Shown: positions 8,149 through 17,676, counted from the stretch's first letter. The stretch is DNA of 64,000 bases from a bacterium (GCA_021108295.1 JAIORF010000005.1:72531-136530), one strand, 5' to 3'. Numbers and translations are program-made. Notes: generated by a model from the sequence alone, not told the origin.

Positions 8149-9408
8149 TTAATCTCCTCCTACTATATTAATGTTTTTCTTTTCTATCTCTTGGTCATAT
8201 GCGAATTTTGCAAGAGAAGCTGGTGTGATGTCGTAAATGTTTTTAAGTTTACCACTACTGTCTGTAATATTGGCAAGGAGTTCTGGTGTAAAGATTTTGG
8301 TTTGTGGTACTACTGGAAAGGGAAGGAGTTTTTTCCAAGGGAACTCCATCATTACCTCTTTTATTTCTGGTAGTAGTGCTCCTCCACCACAAAGATATAT
8401 TTGCGAAGGGAATATGTCAACGTCATCGCAGGATTCCAGCGCTGCTTTTAGTGTTTTCATCCAAAGTTTTGAGGTACTGTAAGAGGCTTTTTGGATTTTT
8501 TTGGATAGTTCAGGAGTTAGTTCCTTTTGGGAGTATTTAATTTTTCTTTGTTCTGCGTATCTATATTCTAGGTTTAAGGTTCTTGAGATTTCTTTTGTAA
8601 ATACTCTTCCTCCAAAACCGAACATTTTAGTGTCTGTGATATTTCCTTTTTCAACTATTGCTATATCTGTAGTTCCTCCCCCTATATCTATGAAGATGGC
8701 GTTGAAGCTAGAGTCCGAGGATCCTGCGAATGCTCTAGCTACTGCAAATGGTTGGGACACTATGCCTAGGAGATTGAGTTTAAGGGAGTCTGCGACTTGT
8801 TTGAGTGCAGAGATGTATGTTTTGGGAGCGAAGGATGCGTAGAAGTGTAGTTTGACGTCTTTGCCTTTGTATCCTACCAAACTGTTTACGGGCATTCCTC
8901 CTATTTCTGTACCTGTGGGTGTGATGTGTAGTATGTCTATGTCTTCATATTTAAGTCCTATTCTTTGACTTAGGTCTTCTCTTCCCCCTTGTTCTATTCT
9001 GTTTTTGATTTTCGCTATTATCTTTTCTTCTTCTTTTTGTGTTACTTCGTTATCAAAGTTCTCCTCTCTTTGGTAATTTACAACAATGGAGACTCCTTGG
9101 ATGTATTCTCCTGCAATACCGATGATAACATTTCGAGGGAGTTCTTCTTCGAGGAGGTCTTTGGAGAGTTCGTCTATGCATAGTTTGCAGTTTTCTAGTA
9201 CAGTGTCTAAGTTGCGGATGATCCCTGATTTCATAGCATGTTCTTGTTGCTGTATCCTCGAGATTTTTTTAATATCTACACCTAGGTTGTTTGTAGAGAA
9301 AAGCATGCCTTTGAGCATCTCGGTACCGATGTCTAGGGCAATGCAATTTGATTGGTCTTCTAACAGATCTGTTTTGACAGTTTTTTTAAGAAAAGGCAGA
9401 TTTAACAT
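8149..9408 (-). CDS. ftsA: FtsA-like actin-family ATPase (cell division)
   Basis: 419 aa with LDIGTEMLKG (phosphate 1) and FIDIGGGTTDIAIVEKG...FGFGGRVFTKEIS (phosphate 2/adenosine). The FtsA-like 1C insertion KYEDIDILHITPTGTEIGG... is present. I prefer FtsA over PilM because of the DIGGGTTDIA motif. Confidence 0.65.
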   Translation of the reverse strand: MLNLPFLKKTVKTDLLEDQSNCIALDIGTEMLKGMLFSTNNLGVDIKKISRIQQQEHAMKSGIIRNLDTVLENCKLCIDELSKDLLEEELPRNVIIGIAGEYIQGVSIVVNYQREENFDNEVTQKEEEKIIAKIKNRIEQGGREDLSQRIGLKYEDIDILHITPTGTEIGGMPVNSLVGYKGKDVKLHFYASFAPKTYISALKQVADSLKLNLLGIVSQPFAVARAFAGSSDSSFNAIFIDIGGGTTDIAIVEKGNITDTKMFGFGGRVFTKEISRTLNLEYRYAEQRKIKYSQKELTPELSKKIQKASYSTSKLWMKTLKAALESCDDVDIFPSQIYLCGGGALLPEIKEVMMEFPWKKLLPFPVVPQTKIFTPELLANITDSSGKLKNIYDITPASLAKFAYDQEIEKKNINIVGGD

Positions 9409-9441
9409 TGTATTAGAAGTATATCACAAATTTAGAGTGTG

Positions 9442-11121
9442 CTAAATTGTGACTACGAGAATTATTGGTTCTCTTTCTGTCTTCTTGTATATATATTTGC
9501 TTAATCTAGTTTCAAGCATTTTCTGTAGTTCAAGAGTGACATATTTTTTATTCTTAAGGGATTTGTTAACCCATTCTCTGTGTGTGTCGTATGTTAGGTT
9601 CTCGATTTCTTTGAGTAATCCTTGAGATCTTTTCATATAGATGAAGCCTCTTGAGATGAAGCGTGGTCTTCCTATTATTTTCTTGTTTTTAGAGCTTAGG
9701 TTTAGTAGTACACTAAAGATTCCATATTCTGCTAATTGTTGTCTGTCTTTAAGTACAATGTCCCCTATATCTCCTACACCCAATCCGTCTATGAGGATTG
9801 GTTTAGATTCTATCTTCTTACCTCTTTTCCAGAAGTTTCCATTAAATCTCCAAGATTGTCCGTCGTCTGTAAGGAGGATGTTGTCTTCTCTCATACCCCA
9901 TTTGAGGAGGTTCTTTTTGTTGAAGTATCTAAAGGTTAAAGGTCCGTGTATAGGCATGACTACCTTTGGTTGTATTAGATCATGCATCATTTTCATATCT
10001 TCCTGGTATCCATGTCCTGTCGAGTGGACTTTGTTTTCTGCACTATCTTTGATGAGTTCAATACCTAGTGCAATTAATCTGTTTGTCATTTTCTCTATCT
10101 TAGTTACATTCTCTGGTATTTCAGAGGAAGACATTATGATTAGGTCTCCTTTGTGGGCTTTGATAAAGCGGTGTTCATTTAAAGAGATTCTGTTTAGTGC
10201 TGCATATCTTTCTGCTTGACTACCAGTAGTTAGTATGAGGAGTTCATTGTCCTTATATTTCCTCATATCGTGCTCTTTTATTATAAGTCCTTGCGGGATA
10301 TCTAGATATTTTTGCTGTTGGGCGATTAGAATTGTTTGCTCTAGACTTCTTCCAGAGAGGACCACTTTCTTTTTTGTCTTCTTCGCTATCTCTATCAATG
10401 TGTAGAGCCTAGTGAGGAGGGAGGAGAAGGCTGCAACGATTACTCTTCCTTCTGCTTTTGATATTACTCTGTATAGGTTGTTGGCAATTTCCGTTTCAGA
10501 GGGTGCTTTCCCTGGTGTGCTTGCATTTGTACTTTCCATCATTGCTAGATCTATCCTTCCTCTAAGAGATTTAAGATATTCATAGTCTGCTTCTGGTTCG
10601 TTTGCAGGATTTGTATCTATTTTGTAATCTCCAGAGTGAAATACTGTTCCGTTTGGTGTTTCTACAAAGACTGCGAAGGCATCTGGAATACTGTGGTTGA
10701 TTCCTATGAAAGTGACTTTGAAGTATTTCCCTACTCTTACAGTCGACCTTCTTCTTACACGATGGATTGTTGTTTTTTTAGCCAACCCATGCTCTTCTAG
10801 TCGTGCTTCTATCAACGCTTTAGCGAAGTTTCCTGCATATATTGGAGGAAAGTCTAGATCAGGGAGTAGATATCTTAGTGCTCCTGTGTGGTCTAAGTGA
10901 CCGTGTGTAATTACTACACCTTTTACTTTGTGTTTATTCTTTTTTAAGTAGCTTGAGTTTGGTATGAGGTAGTCTATTCCGTACATGTCGTGTCCCGGGA
11001 AAGAGTATCCTGCGTCTATTACAAGGATTTCGTCTTTGTATTCTAAAAAGTTGCAGTTTCTACCTACTTCTGTTGTACCTGAAAGGGTACATAGTTTTAA
11101 TTCTTCTTTTTTATTATTCAT
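9442..11121 (-). CDS. rnj: Ribonuclease J (metallo-beta-lactamase / beta-CASP)
   Basis: 559 aa with VVITHGHLDHTGAL (an HxHxDH motif), beta-CASP features and a C-terminal domain. Confidence 0.8.
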   Translation of the reverse strand: MNNKKEELKLCTLSGTTEVGRNCNFLEYKDEILVIDAGYSFPGHDMYGIDYLIPNSSYLKKNKHKVKGVVITHGHLDHTGALRYLLPDLDFPPIYAGNFAKALIEARLEEHGLAKKTTIHRVRRRSTVRVGKYFKVTFIGINHSIPDAFAVFVETPNGTVFHSGDYKIDTNPANEPEADYEYLKSLRGRIDLAMMESTNASTPGKAPSETEIANNLYRVISKAEGRVIVAAFSSLLTRLYTLIEIAKKTKKKVVLSGRSLEQTILIAQQQKYLDIPQGLIIKEHDMRKYKDNELLILTTGSQAERYAALNRISLNEHRFIKAHKGDLIIMSSSEIPENVTKIEKMTNRLIALGIELIKDSAENKVHSTGHGYQEDMKMMHDLIQPKVVMPIHGPLTFRYFNKKNLLKWGMREDNILLTDDGQSWRFNGNFWKRGKKIESKPILIDGLGVGDIGDIVLKDRQQLAEYGIFSVLLNLSSKNKKIIGRPRFISRGFIYMKRSQGLLKEIENLTYDTHREWVNKSLKNKKYVTLELQKMLETRLSKYIYKKTEREPIILVVTI

Positions 11122-11187
11122 TTTTTATATTTATTTAATTTTATATTTATTTAACCCTTTTTAATTCATGGATTACCGAATGTACTC

Positions 11188-11213
11188 ATTAGTAAACCGA
11201 TGTATTTACTAAT
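11188..11213. promoter_or_regulatory. Perfect 9-bp inverted repeat ATTAGTAAA-N8-TTTACTAAT, a candidate operator
   Basis: Read directly from the sequence in the divergent intergenic region between rnj and the 11350 gene. Confidence 0.35.
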
Positions 11214-11312
11214 TTCTTAACTATTGGGAGAGAACCAATGTTGTATAAAGATACTTCATTCTTTGTATAGAATGCAAGTATTTTAAGAAGACTTGGGTAT
11301 TTTAGCAGAGAA

Positions 11313-11342
11313 TTGTGATTTTGGGAAGAGTTGGGGTATAAT
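11313..11342 (+). promoter_or_regulatory. Sigma-70-like promoter TTGTGA-N18-TATAAT, ending 7 nt before the ATG at 11350
   Basis: TTGTGA at 11313..11318, an 18-nt spacer, and TATAAT at 11337..11342. The same -35/-10 pair recurs at 42391 and 43086. Confidence 0.35.
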
Positions 11343-11349
11343 ACATACT

Positions 11350-11877
11350 ATGAGACACGACAATAAGCAGGAGAATCAAAAGGAGTTTGCGTGGAAAATT
11401 ATTGGAGTAGAAGAAACCGATATTGAAAACGGTTGGGTTTCATTGCAAACGGCACCTGTTTTTCTGAGAAGTGAGTTTTTATATTCAGAAGATTTGGAGC
11501 AGGAACAAAGAGAGTTTCTTAATGAGCAGTATGAGAAATATGGGTATGTCCTTCATGTTGGAGCAGAGAAGGTTTCACCTGAGGAACTAAGAAGAGAGGA
11601 GCCAGGGAGGGTATGTAAGTCGCTAGAATTGGTAGTTAGAGATCTTCAAGGAGAGGAAAAAGCAATTTGGGTAAATCTTTTCTATAATGTTCGTGAATAT
11701 GAACTTATCAAGGGAGAGTGGTATCTTCCAAGCAAACATGTATACGACCCTTTCTGTGTATTTAGAAGCTATGATGATAAGAAACATATCGGCTATGTAT
11801 TGAAACAGAAGCCAGTGGCTGTAATACACAAAAATTTTCAGGAACATGTTCCTCTTACAATGGCGTATGCAAACTAA
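11350..11877 (+). CDS. Hypothetical acidic cytoplasmic protein (~175 aa)
   Basis: Intact ORF. The track starts at TTG 11293, which is inside the predicted promoter, so the ATG at 11350 (MRHDNKQENQ...) is more likely. No recognisable domain. Confidence 0.45.
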   Translation: MRHDNKQENQKEFAWKIIGVEETDIENGWVSLQTAPVFLRSEFLYSEDLEQEQREFLNEQYEKYGYVLHVGAEKVSPEELRREEPGRVCKSLELVVRDLQGEEKAIWVNLFYNVREYELIKGEWYLPSKHVYDPFCVFRSYDDKKHIGYVLKQKPVAVIHKNFQEHVPLTMAYAN

Positions 11878-11953
11878 GTATTGTATAGATAAATATTAAC
11901 CCTTGTGTCTAATTTTCTGTTAATATAGGATTAACTATTTCAGCAGAAACCAA

Positions 11954-12382
11954 ATGTACCTAATCACAGATTTACAACCAGAACAAGAAGTAGAGAATAC
12001 AGAATTAGCAATGATTTATAACCTAGACAATGGGATTGCCTTAACAAGGCCTCAATTGCTGAAGTATTTTAGAGGGATAATAATATATGTGGAGGGGGAA
12101 ACAGATACGGAATTTACGCAAAAAATTGCTCAGGTGGGAGTAGACTACTACCCTGCAACACTTGAAAAGATCGAAACGGTTGTATGGGGCGGAGGTATAT
12201 GGGTACCTGTGGTCTTTAGAGTATTAGAAATGAGAATAAGAGATCTTAGAGAAGGCATGGAATTTTTAGAGCCATGCAATATTGAGAGAAGAGAGAGGCA
12301 TTTAGAGTCGCTTGGTAAAACCTTGGAGATGATAGATAATATGTTAGAAAGAAATAATGGGAAACCTACCCAAATCATTTGA
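11954..12382 (+). CDS. Hypothetical protein (142 aa)
   Basis: Intact ORF MYLITDLQPEQEVEN...; it overlaps the valS start by 26 nt. No recognisable domain. Confidence 0.45.
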   Translation: MYLITDLQPEQEVENTELAMIYNLDNGIALTRPQLLKYFRGIIIYVEGETDTEFTQKIAQVGVDYYPATLEKIETVVWGGGIWVPVVFRVLEMRIRDLREGMEFLEPCNIERRERHLESLGKTLEMIDNMLERNNGKPTQII

Positions 12383-14603
12383 TTCACAACAATTAGAACC
12401 CAAGATATATTCTAGATGGGAAAAGTCTGGGATGTTTAATCCAGATAAGATGAGAGAGAGTCTAAAATCAAAAGGGGTTGATATTGAGAAACCTTTTACA
12501 ATCACACTTCCTCCTCCAAACGCTAATGGTAATCTACACTTAGGGCATATGTGTGGATATTCTTTCCATGACGCAATTGGAAGATATATGAGGATGACGG
12601 GACACCCTACTCTCTTACTCCCTGGTAAAGACCATGCAGGAATACAAACAGAAACAGCTTTCACTAAAAAGCTCAAAGAAGAAGGGAAGGACAAGTGGGA
12701 GATGGGAAGGGAAGAGTTCTACAAACAATGCTACGACTTCTGTATGACCAACGCTTCCAATGCAAGAGATCAAGAAAAGAAAATTGGTTTAAGTGCCGAT
12801 TACAGTAGAGAGTTTTTTACACTAGATGAGAGATTAACAAAAACAGTATACGAAACCTTTGAAATGATGTTTAAGGATGGGAGGGTGTATAGGGATAAGA
12901 GGATTGTAAATATATGTCCTACATGTAAGACTGCATTAGCAGATATAGATACAGAGCATGAGGAAAGAAGAGGGATATTTGCATATATTAAATATCCTGT
13001 AGCAGGTAAAGAGGATGAATATATTAAGGTAGCGACTACCAGGCCTGAAACAATGTTGGGAGATACTGCTGTAGCAGTTAATCCGGATGATCCTAAATAC
13101 AAAGAATATATTGGTAAAAACGTAATTCTCCCTATACAAAACAAGGAAATCCCTGTCATAGCGGATGAAGAAGTCGATATGGAAACAGGAACAGGAGCAC
13201 TTAAAGTTACTCCTGCACACTCCCCTGTTGATTTCGAGATAGGGAAGAAGCACAAATTAGAGGTGGTGAATGTAATTGATATGGAAGGGTGTATGACAGG
13301 AGAAATACCAGAGAGGTTTAAGGGTATGAGTAGTAATGAATGCTCTAGAGCTCTTTGTAAAGAATTGGATGAGCAAGGGCTCTTGGTGAAAATTGAGAAT
13401 ATTAGACATGAGGTAACCATATGTGAGAGATGTAAAACAGCAGTAGAACCAGGAATCTCTAATCAGTGGTACATTGATATGAGTAATTTGGCGAGAGGGG
13501 TGTTAAAAACTCTTGAGAGTGGAGAAGTAAAAGTTATACCTTCAGGACAACAAAAAGCCTTAGAACATTTCTATGAGAATATCCAGCCATGGTGTATATC
13601 AAGGCAGCTTTGGTGGGGACAGAGAATACCTGTGTGGTATAGCGGAGGGAAGAAGTTGTATGATTGGTTACAGGAAAACGAAGGGAAAACAGTTAAAGAT
13701 TTTGAAGGGGAGTTTAATACTAAAATATCAGGTGATGGGAGTATACATGTAGGAGAGGATATTCCAGATAGTAGTGGTGTATGGGAGGGAGAGACGGATA
13801 TGTTTGATACTTGGTTTAGTTCTGGGCAGTGGCCATATTCTACACTTGGTGGTCCAGAGGGTGAGGATTTTGCTAAGTACTACCCTACCCAGATGATGAT
13901 ACATGCGAGAGATATTCTTTTCTGGTGGTCAGCAAGGATGTTGATGTTGGGGTTGTATAGGACAAAGGAAGTACCGTTTAACACCATTTTCTTGACAGGT
14001 ATGATATTGGCTAGTGATGGTTCTAAGATGTCTAAGAGTAAGGGTAATGGTGTAGAGCCTCAGGAGGTTTTTGAGAAGTATGGGGCAGATGCTCTTAGGC
14101 TTTGGTATTACTCTGATGCACTTCCTGGTAGTAATGCTCCAATTAGGGAGGAGAAGATTAGGGGGAACAGGAACTTTGTGAATAAGATATGGAATGGTAG
14201 TAGGTTTATCATAATGAACATGGAAGAGTCTGAGATAGAGAGGGTGTCTGAGTATGTAGTAAATACTGATGTAGAGAGGGTACGACTAACTAGAGAGCAT
14301 ATACAAAAAGTTTCTAAATATATTGAGAAGTACCAGTTTAATCTAGGGGCAGAAGCTATTAGAGAGTTTTTTTGGCATAGGTTGTGTGATGTATGGATAG
14401 AGGAAATTAAGGATGAGATACAGGAGGAAGAGGTTGGTAGTGAGTTAAGGGTAGAAAGGTTGAGTGAATTGCTTTTTGTTTTGAAGGAGAGTTTAAGGAT
14501 TATGCATCCTTTTGTACCTTTTGTTACAGAAGGAGTATGGCAGGAGTTAGTAGGTTTAGGATTAGCAGAGGGGATGTTGGTGGAGCAGCAGATAGAGGGA
14601 TAG
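12357..14603 (+). CDS. valS: Valine--tRNA ligase, compact form
   Basis: N-terminus ...LEPKIYSRWEKSGMFNP...PPPNANGNLHLGHMCGY...RYMRMTGHPTLLLPGKDHAGIQTE (HIGH region, ValRS-type DHAGI) and KMSKSKGN. 748 aa, which is shorter than canonical ValRS. Confidence 0.75.
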   Translation: MGNLPKSFDSQQLEPKIYSRWEKSGMFNPDKMRESLKSKGVDIEKPFTITLPPPNANGNLHLGHMCGYSFHDAIGRYMRMTGHPTLLLPGKDHAGIQTETAFTKKLKEEGKDKWEMGREEFYKQCYDFCMTNASNARDQEKKIGLSADYSREFFTLDERLTKTVYETFEMMFKDGRVYRDKRIVNICPTCKTALADIDTEHEERRGIFAYIKYPVAGKEDEYIKVATTRPETMLGDTAVAVNPDDPKYKEYIGKNVILPIQNKEIPVIADEEVDMETGTGALKVTPAHSPVDFEIGKKHKLEVVNVIDMEGCMTGEIPERFKGMSSNECSRALCKELDEQGLLVKIENIRHEVTICERCKTAVEPGISNQWYIDMSNLARGVLKTLESGEVKVIPSGQQKALEHFYENIQPWCISRQLWWGQRIPVWYSGGKKLYDWLQENEGKTVKDFEGEFNTKISGDGSIHVGEDIPDSSGVWEGETDMFDTWFSSGQWPYSTLGGPEGEDFAKYYPTQMMIHARDILFWWSARMLMLGLYRTKEVPFNTIFLTGMILASDGSKMSKSKGNGVEPQEVFEKYGADALRLWYYSDALPGSNAPIREEKIRGNRNFVNKIWNGSRFIIMNMEESEIERVSEYVVNTDVERVRLTREHIQKVSKYIEKYQFNLGAEAIREFFWHRLCDVWIEEIKDEIQEEEVGSELRVERLSELLFVLKESLRIMHPFVPFVTEGVWQELVGLGLAEGMLVEQQIEG

Positions 14604-14689
14604 AGTAGAAAGGTGGTAGATTAGCCATAGATTGTAATCAAGGAGAGAGGTATGGTAGACTTGTAGTAATAAATTATAACGTTATCATT

Positions 14690-15559
14690 ATGGACGAGAA
14701 TGAATCTAATATAGAACAGGGAGTTTTCGAGAGAGTTGTTGAAGGAGTCTACGCCGATACTATTGTTGCAGAAGGTTCAGAATTTGAAAAAGAAGATTGG
14801 ATAAGGGATGAAGGAATAGCTCATGGTATAGCAAATAATGAGGTAAAGGGTTTTCCTAAGGATGAGCAGGAACTATTAAGTTTTCTCATGGGGGAAGAAG
14901 CAAGTAAAAGACTTTTTCAAGAAAAGAATGGTTTTGGTAAGAAAAAACTTGATCGCTTACAAATATCTACATTAAGAGAACAAGCTAAAAAGATCAATCA
15001 TCAAGTAGTATCAATGGAGGAGTACTATTTTGTGATGAACGAGCTAGAAGATTCCATTAATCCCGATCGTTTCTCACCAAATGTTGTCGAGAATTGGATT
15101 AACTATGGAGGGGATTGTGTTTGGGGAGAATCTTCTGATCTTGACGGATTAAACTCTTTGTTTATGATCCCTAAGAATGTAGGAGCTAGGTATCGATGGT
15201 TTGAAAACAAGATGAATCGTGCAATAGTAAAAGATTTTAATGATGATATTGAAATCAGAAAGAGTCCTTATAACCCTGAAGAAATAATGTGGAAGGATTT
15301 GATGAGACGACTTTATGAAGAGTATCCAGATAAAATTGGGTGTTCTTTTATATCCGGAGAACTTATACTCTCAATATCTTCTGGGAAGTTCAAGACGGAG
15401 ATTAGTAAAAGGGGAGTAATTCTGATAAACGAAGAGAAAGGTTCTTTTTCAAGAGAACATTATTCATGTATGGATTCAGATGAAGGGTTGCAAAGATTTT
15501 ATGGTATGACACGAAGGGTTCTTGAACAGGCAGAAATCATTCCATTTTATAAAGATTAG
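14690..15559 (+). CDS. Hypothetical acidic cytoplasmic protein (289 aa)
   Basis: Intact ORF MDENESNIEQGVFERVVEGVYADTIV...; no recognisable motif. Confidence 0.45.
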   Translation: MDENESNIEQGVFERVVEGVYADTIVAEGSEFEKEDWIRDEGIAHGIANNEVKGFPKDEQELLSFLMGEEASKRLFQEKNGFGKKKLDRLQISTLREQAKKINHQVVSMEEYYFVMNELEDSINPDRFSPNVVENWINYGGDCVWGESSDLDGLNSLFMIPKNVGARYRWFENKMNRAIVKDFNDDIEIRKSPYNPEEIMWKDLMRRLYEEYPDKIGCSFISGELILSISSGKFKTEISKRGVILINEEKGSFSREHYSCMDSDEGLQRFYGMTRRVLEQAEIIPFYKD

Positions 15560-15948
15560 TAAGAATTCTTAATCTTCCACATAAAAGTAGTAATTATAAG
15601 GGGGTAGAACAGGAGAAAGTTTTGGGTGTAAGCCACAATGTTAGCTACTTTCTCCTGGTTAGAGTTGAATTACCCTCTATTTATGTTACGGCTCTTCCGC
15701 TTGTGCCTCCAACGGCGTCTTCTCCTCCCATTTCTCTCATTCGCCCCATTCTTTCCATTTCCATTCCCCTTTTCTTGTTTTTCTGTCCCATTTTCCTGTT
15801 TTACCTGTGGCTGTAGCATCGAACCTCCTCAAAATAGTAGACCATTAATAGGATTCAACGATGTATTATAAGACGAAATGCAAGTAATTGTAAAAAACTT
15901 TAACATTGCAATCACTATATGGTACACTATAAGGTTGCACTCAAGGAG

Positions 15949-17676
15949 TTAGTCCTCTATTTTAATCCAAAGTATCTTCGGCTTAACTATCTCTCTACCA
16001 CCCTCTATCTCTTCATAAACCCATGTGTTTATACTCTCTTCTACCAAACCCTTCTCTACTAAAACATCATTAGCATCATACTCATCCTTAATGTTCAGTA
16101 ACTTACCCAATCGCTTACAACCAAAAGGAGTGAAAGGCTTGAGTAATATTCTCAATGCATTGGTTAACTGTATAGCATTAAACAAAGTATCCCTTGCCCT
16201 ACCCTCATCCTCCTTTACATCAACCCAAGGAGCCCTATCATTAAAATACTTGTTAGCGAAGTTTCCTAACGCCAAAACTCTTTGCAAAGCCTTAGTAAGC
16301 TTAACCCCCTCAACATATTCACCAACCTCCTTGAAAGCACTATCAATATTCTCCCTTACATCACTATCCCAACTACCATTTGGTACGCTCTTATCGAACT
16401 TTGTGTATGTAAAGGTAAGTGTTCTATTAACAAAATTACCAATATTAGCTACTAACTCATTGTTATTTGTTGCTACTACATCCTCCCAACTAAACTCCCT
16501 ATCATGATTCTCTGGAGCAAACCTAATGAAGAAGAAACGAGCAAGATCTGCTCCATACTTCTCAAAAATCTCATCAGCAGTTAACATATCTACAGTTCCC
16601 TTACTTATCTTCTTTCCTTTGTACAGAAGCATCTTGTTTGCAGGGACATCATATGGGAGATTGAGTTCTTCTCTCTTGGTTTCTCCTGGAAGTTTGTACT
16701 TCTCCCAAAGAGTATCATCACTATACTTTTCGCTATACCCCATTAACTCTGCAGGCCAAATGATGGTATGGAATGGAGTATTGCCACCTGCTATGAAGTA
16801 ATAGTGTTTACAATTTTCATCTTTCCAGAAGTCTTCCCATCTAGAAGGTTTATTAATATTCTGTGCCCATTCTATTGAAGCACTAAGATATCCAATTACT
16901 GCTTCTACCCAAACATAGATTACTTTGTCCTCCCACCCTTTTACAGGAACTTTGATACCAAACTCCATATCTCTTGTTACTTCCCTAGGTTTAAGACCAA
17001 TCTTTATCCAACCTTTAGAGAATTCTCTTACCCACTTTCTCCAATTATCACTACTTTCTTTCATCCATTTATCTAACTTAGGTTCTAATTTCTTAAGATC
17101 AAGGTAGAAATGTCGAGTATCTCTTAATTCCGGTTTAACATCTGAAAGAGTACTGTATGGATCTATTAAATCATCTGCATTTAGATATGCTCCACACTCT
17201 GGACACTCATCCCCTCTTGCATCTGTATTACCACACTCAGGACATGTACCCTTCACATATCTATCTGGTAGATATCTCTCTACTTTTGTATCGTAATATT
17301 GTTGAGAAGTTCCTTCATAGAGATAGCCTCTTTCTTTAAGTACTAAGAAAATGTTTTGTACAACCTCTTTGTGATTTTGTGTTGTTGTAGAGGTGTAGTT
17401 CTCATAGAGTAATCCCAAGTTCTTGTATGTTTCTAAAATCTGTTTATGCGATTCCTTCACTAATTCTTCAGGAGATATGTCTCTCTCCTCTGCTTTTAGA
17501 ACAATAGGGGCACCGTGAGAATCACTGCCTGAGACCATGAGAACATCGTTACCTTTTAATCTATGATATCTTGCAAAAACATCACAGGCTATATATTGTC
17601 CTGCCAAATGACCAAGATGTACTTTATCAGATGCATATGGCCAAGAGACTCCGATAAAGATTTTTTCTGAATTCAT
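15949..17676 (-). CDS. metG: Methionine--tRNA ligase lacking the C-terminal tRNA-binding extension
   Basis: Class I synthetase with VSWPYASDKVHLGHLAG (HIGH), the zinc knuckle CPECGNTDARGDECPECG, and a KISKG (KMSKS-like) motif. Confidence 0.8.
   Translation of the reverse strand: MNSEKIFIGVSWPYASDKVHLGHLAGQYIACDVFARYHRLKGNDVLMVSGSDSHGAPIVLKAEERDISPEELVKESHKQILETYKNLGLLYENYTSTTTQNHKEVVQNIFLVLKERGYLYEGTSQQYYDTKVERYLPDRYVKGTCPECGNTDARGDECPECGAYLNADDLIDPYSTLSDVKPELRDTRHFYLDLKKLEPKLDKWMKESSDNWRKWVREFSKGWIKIGLKPREVTRDMEFGIKVPVKGWEDKVIYVWVEAVIGYLSASIEWAQNINKPSRWEDFWKDENCKHYYFIAGGNTPFHTIIWPAELMGYSEKYSDDTLWEKYKLPGETKREELNLPYDVPANKMLLYKGKKISKGTVDMLTADEIFEKYGADLARFFFIRFAPENHDREFSWEDVVATNNNELVANIGNFVNRTLTFTYTKFDKSVPNGSWDSDVRENIDSAFKEVGEYVEGVKLTKALQRVLALGNFANKYFNDRAPWVDVKEDEGRARDTLFNAIQLTNALRILLKPFTPFGCKRLGKLLNIKDEYDANDVLVEKGLVEESINTWVYEEIEGGREIVKPKILWIKIED

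Noticed and set aside
11293-11349. TTG start at 11293 for the 11293..11877 ORF
   Set aside because: It would place the start inside a well-formed TTGTGA-N18-TATAAT promoter. The ATG at 11350, 7 nt after the -10 box, is more plausible.
12800-13420. Long antisense ORFs inside valS (also inside rpoB, rpoC, dnaK, ftsK, dnaG and folD, e.g. 62129..62821)
   Set aside because: They are fully embedded in strongly supported housekeeping genes on the opposite strand, with low-complexity translations. They are typical shadow ORFs.
15560-15948. tmRNA, RNase P RNA or SRP RNA in the long intergenic region
   Set aside because: I looked for hallmark motifs (the tmRNA 5' GGGG...UUCGAC and tRNA-like T-loop, the RNase P GGAA...AGGGUGAAA core, the SRP GGAAGGAAGCAGC core) on both strands and found none. 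It remains a candidate unclassified structured element only.
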